Shown here piece by piece: positions 31,670-35,607 of a stretch of DNA of 35,607 nucleotides. Position 1 is the first letter of the stretch; every line of letters begins with the position of its first letter. The stretch comes from Trichomonas gallinae (lineage: Eukaryota), in assembly GCA_008369845.1 (NCBI GenBank), contig MRSU01007136.1, positions 1 to 35,607 of the forward strand, in the 5' to 3' direction. The notes under the pieces were generated by a model. That model worked only from the letters and a program-made list of their open reading frames with translations, did not search any database and was not told the DNA's origin. A program made the position numbers and the translations under genes.

Positions 31670-32260
31670 ATGGAATTTGTGGATGGCCCGCAGACTCCAT
31701 CTTACAAAGTGATCATGCTGGGAAATTCTACTGTCGGAAAGACAAGCATTCTCACGCAGTTGCATTTCAACAAATTCGAAGCTGATCCGAAAGCAACTGT
31801 TGGTGGAACATTCACAGAAAAGGTTATAGATACCGCAAATGGCCCAGTTAAATTGCAGTTATGGGACACAGCTGGACAAGAACAGTTTCGTTGCTTAGTT
31901 CCGATATATTCAAGAGGAGCCTCCGCGGCCATTATCGTTCTCGATGTAACAAGTCAAAAATCTTTCGATGCCTTCGACGAATGGTACGAACTTGTCAACA
32001 GAGATGCTAATCAACAATGTTTATTATTTGTAGCCGCAAATAAAAACGACTTAGAACCAGTGGTTTTGCTTTCGGATGTCGAAGAATGGGCTAATAAACA
32101 TAAAGCAAAAACATTTTCAACAAGTGCGAAAGATGAGAAATCTATAAACGATTTGTTCGAGTGTGTTGCCACCACACTTTCTAACGTCAATACTGCTACA
32201 TTTGAAAACATTGGTGATCAAAAGCTGAAAAAAGAAAACAAAGGAAGATGCTGCGGATGA
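31670..32260 (+). CDS. Rab family small GTPase
   Basis: GNSTVGKTS, LWDTAGQE, YSRGA, NKND, TSAK; C-terminal CCG prenylation motif. Confidence 0.95.
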   Translation: MEFVDGPQTPSYKVIMLGNSTVGKTSILTQLHFNKFEADPKATVGGTFTEKVIDTANGPVKLQLWDTAGQEQFRCLVPIYSRGASAAIIVLDVTSQKSFDAFDEWYELVNRDANQQCLLFVAANKNDLEPVVLLSDVEEWANKHKAKTFSTSAKDEKSINDLFECVATTLSNVNTATFENIGDQKLKKENKGRCCG

Positions 32261-33753
32261 TTTGTTATCTATCATGTATTTAAACTGATTCTATCTTGTA
32301 TGTAATAATTTATTATTTTTTAATTCTTGTTCTGACTAATTTATTTTTGATATAATTTTTTTGATATCGAAGCATCATAAAAAAAATGTAACATTTATGA
32401 AGAGATATGTCAACTAGATATAAATATTAAAGGATTTTGAAAATCTAATTGAATTAGGGGTTCAACATGAAAACTAACGATAAAAGCTTAGATACTTTAA
32501 TATGAGCTTGAGTATTTAAATTATATGAATATTTGACTAAATAAAGCGAAATTTATCAAAATTGTCGAATTTTGGGAAAAGATTTCTATGGTTAGTTGAA
32601 GAAAATTAAAATATAATACATTCTATCTAATGGTTTGACATGTAAATATGTAGGAGAACTTCGTGGCTGTTCGAATGTAAACTGATTCCGAATTCTTTGA
32701 CAGGCCCAAAAATAAGATGAAAAAACAATTATAAAATACTATTAAAGTCTATTTATATTATCGTTTGATCACGAGCATAAATCCTATTCATAAAGATTAA
32801 ATTTGGGAAAAATGACATATTGATGCTCATGCATAACTAACAAAATTGATTTCATCAATGAAAAATAATGGTGATTTTATATTCGTTATGGGTTATTTCG
32901 GCAGATTCGATAAATTTCGATGAAATATCAATATACATATAGTAAATATACGGAAAAACAAGTTTAGATTTCAACGTTGCTGCGATATTTTGACGCATTG
33001 AATTTTTTGATACGTTCACAAAAATCAAAAAAGCATTAATGAGTAAATATTATTGTATATTATGTTACTAAGCATATAAAGAGAATATATTTTTGAAAGC
33101 GTAAAGAAAAAATATTTCCCTGATAGTTTCACTATGGTTTAAAATATATCGTTTACAAACATATCAAAAGATTAGTGGCGTATAAAAATTTCATTGAAAA
33201 ATCAAAAAATTGAGGGGATTTTTATACAACAATATATATAGTATATTAGTTATATAATAAAATTATCACAAAAATTAATTGACCAATTAGTTCATTAAGT
33301 GGTCGAGCAATAATTTTTCAATGTATCAAAAATTAAAATCAAATGCTGCTTCATAAGCAACTAATCAAGATTATCATAATTTTGCTTTACTGTTCTACTT
33401 TTTCCCAAATCTAATATATTGTTAACTATGGTATAATAATGATGCCAAAAAAATTCTTCCCAAAGCCAACGATGAGAAAAAAAATTGCTCAGAAAACTAA
33501 GCTCGCATTCACAGAATTATTTGTTAACTTATACAAAATTATTATCGAAACACTGGCCTTGTTTTTCGTTGTAGAATAAGAATTTATTATTTTTGTAAAA
33601 ATAATCCCTACAGAAAAATTAAGACATCGACGAATATTGCTGTACTATGTGCATAGTGCATGAATTCATCAAAACTTCGATTAATTTGAATTTGCGGTTT
33701 TTTTCATTCAAAAGAATATTTATTTCAATTCATTTATTGTAATAGCATTAATC

Positions 33754-34677
33754 ATGGCAGGAACCATCCCGAAGACAGTCAAGCAGTATACAATTGGCTA
33801 CCAGATCGGTAATGGATCATCCAGCACAGTATACCAAGCCTACGACAATAAGAAGAAACAATATTTCGCAGCTAAATTCATCTCAAGAGAGATTTTTAAT
33901 GAGGATCCTGAGTACCTTAGACATGTCGAGTCTGAGCTTCGCATCCTCCAGAGAATAGATCATCCATACATCAACAAGTTCGTCGAAACAATATTCCTTG
34001 AAGATTACATAGTCATTATTACAGAATTGTTATTAAGTGGAACGCTCGCTCACGTCTGCCAGATCCGTGAGAAGTTCCCAGAATCACAGATTTACCAGAT
34101 CGTTCGTCAGACAGCAGAAGCTTTAGATTATCTTCACTCAAGAGGCATCTTCCATCGCGATATCAAGCCAGATAACATCGGATTCGATGACAACATGAAT
34201 GTAAAGCTCATCGATTTCGGCTTTTCGACAGAATCTGAGCAAATGAATGCAACATTAGCATGCGGAACGCCATACTTCATCGCCCCAGAGGTTATCTACT
34301 CTGAGACATATGATGGTGCTAAGGCAGACATGTGGGCGCTCGGCATGATGGCTTACTATTTGGCATACAAGAGCTTTCCATTTGGCGACATTTCTCCAAA
34401 CGTTTATCTCAAGAAACTTGCAAAGATTCAGGGCTTTGAGGTCGATGGTCATGGACCATTGCAGCAATTAATCGTCAATCTCCTTCAGGTTGACCCTACA
34501 AAAAGATTATCTGCCTCAGAACTCCTCAGACTCCCAATCTTCACAGGCGAATCAAACATTCGCTCAAGATCTGCATCTCTTCCTCTTATGTTTAGCGCAA
34601 AGAATGTCAATTCTCCAAGCAAAAAATTAATCATTCGTCCAACGCTTAAGAACGCGAAATCCCTCCTTTGTTTTTAA
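33754..34677 (+). CDS. Ser/Thr protein kinase (CAMK-like)
   Basis: GNGSSSTV, AAK, HRDIKPDN, DFG, CGTPYFIAPE, DMWALG. The stop overlaps TAAA. Confidence 0.93.
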   Translation: MAGTIPKTVKQYTIGYQIGNGSSSTVYQAYDNKKKQYFAAKFISREIFNEDPEYLRHVESELRILQRIDHPYINKFVETIFLEDYIVIITELLLSGTLAHVCQIREKFPESQIYQIVRQTAEALDYLHSRGIFHRDIKPDNIGFDDNMNVKLIDFGFSTESEQMNATLACGTPYFIAPEVIYSETYDGAKADMWALGMMAYYLAYKSFPFGDISPNVYLKKLAKIQGFEVDGHGPLQQLIVNLLQVDPTKRLSASELLRLPIFTGESNIRSRSASLPLMFSAKNVNSPSKKLIIRPTLKNAKSLLCF

Positions 34678-35607
34678 ATAAATTTATCATGTATTTGTTT
34701 GTATTAATTTCTACCTGTTTCATATTTTCCAAAAAATACAATAAACCAGTAGATCATAATAATTTGCTAACAATAGAAGTTATTAGAGCACATAGCTTTT
34801 ATTTATTAGAATATATTCGTGTAATGAAACGATATAATGAGCAAAATTTTGCACTTTTGTGAGGATTATTTTTTCAATTTGAATTTTTCTGACATTACCT
34901 GGAAGTAAAATTCGTATTAGACATAGTGCAGGCAGACGAACCAATTTGTTTGTAAATCATTCAAAATCAACGTAGAATACAATTAATTCAATCTATTTTT
35001 ATATCTGCGGCAACTATAAAGTTCGCTCACATTACGATAATTAATATTATTATAACTGTCCTAATATGTAATTGACAGGATTTTCTGAAAGATATAAAAT
35101 TGCATTATATCTGTTAAGTATTTGTTATTCATCATCTACATTCAATATTATGCGTGATTATTGTAATTTGGGAAATTAAAAACATAAGGGAAGGATGAAC
35201 CACTATCGAGTAATTAGAAGATTTTATATAGTAAAATATTATTCCCATCCATATCTCTATATAAAGATACCAAATAATTGGTATGAATCACTTGAAGTTT
35301 TGCGACAAAAATAAAACTTCAAATTAAATCAAATTAACAATAATATTTGATCTGCACTCATAGATATAAAGGATTATTCGGCGATAACAAGAATGAATTC
35401 CTTTAAAAATTTATTGACCAAATTAAAATTATGTTTCTATTATTTAAGAATACTTGATTATATATCTACAGATCTATCTATTTAATATATTAATATTATG
35501 TTTTATTAAATTAGTTGCTATTTGATGAATAGTAGTATATGACGGGGGCTACTTGTCATTCTAGATATAGAGGATGTATCCCAACAACGATATTTAGACT
35601 ACATATC

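Noticed and set aside
33641..33660. Hairpin TGTACTATG-TG-CATAGTGCA upstream of the kinase; CATAGTGCA recurs at ~34922
   Set aside because: Short, probably upstream of the transcript start, and compatible with chance.
34892..34945. U1 snRNA-like ACATTACCTGG
   Set aside because: Imperfect 5' motif, and I could not find a U1-70K loop or Sm site downstream.

Overview
AT-rich, gene-dense, apparently intronless eukaryotic DNA. It looks like a parabasalid protist (Trichomonas-like): short M-F/L-F signal peptides, TCA-type initiator and AAAGTGAC/CCTTT core-promoter motifs next to ATGs, and TAAA overlapping several stop codons. The organism call is inference. About 18 intact or partial genes are present, including two Ser/Thr kinases, an ERD2/KDEL-receptor-like 7TM protein, a DUF4200/CFAP100-like protein, an R2R3 Myb, a PIAS/MIZ-like protein, a histidine acid phosphatase, a MORN protein, a WCGHC thioredoxin membrane protein, a 1465-aa hybrid histidine kinase, an NTF2+RRM (G3BP-like) protein, an importin-beta-like protein and a Rab. 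Three pseudogenes are also present (RPS9, Ariadne-type RBR ligase, ankyrin). The most striking non-coding signal is an 11-bp box, TTTACAYG(A/T)CA-like. It forms same-orientation arrays at ~19-21 bp spacing (two helical turns) upstream of the histidine kinase (~17 copies) and the PIAS-like gene (5 copies), and recurs singly or in pairs in many other promoters. Other non-coding structure includes a repeated 16-bp palindrome, a ~233-bp duplicated intergenic module with a third dispersed copy, a ~170-bp tandem repeat, and a 24-bp element shared by two loci 15 kb apart. No rRNA, tRNA, CRISPR or transposase was recognised.
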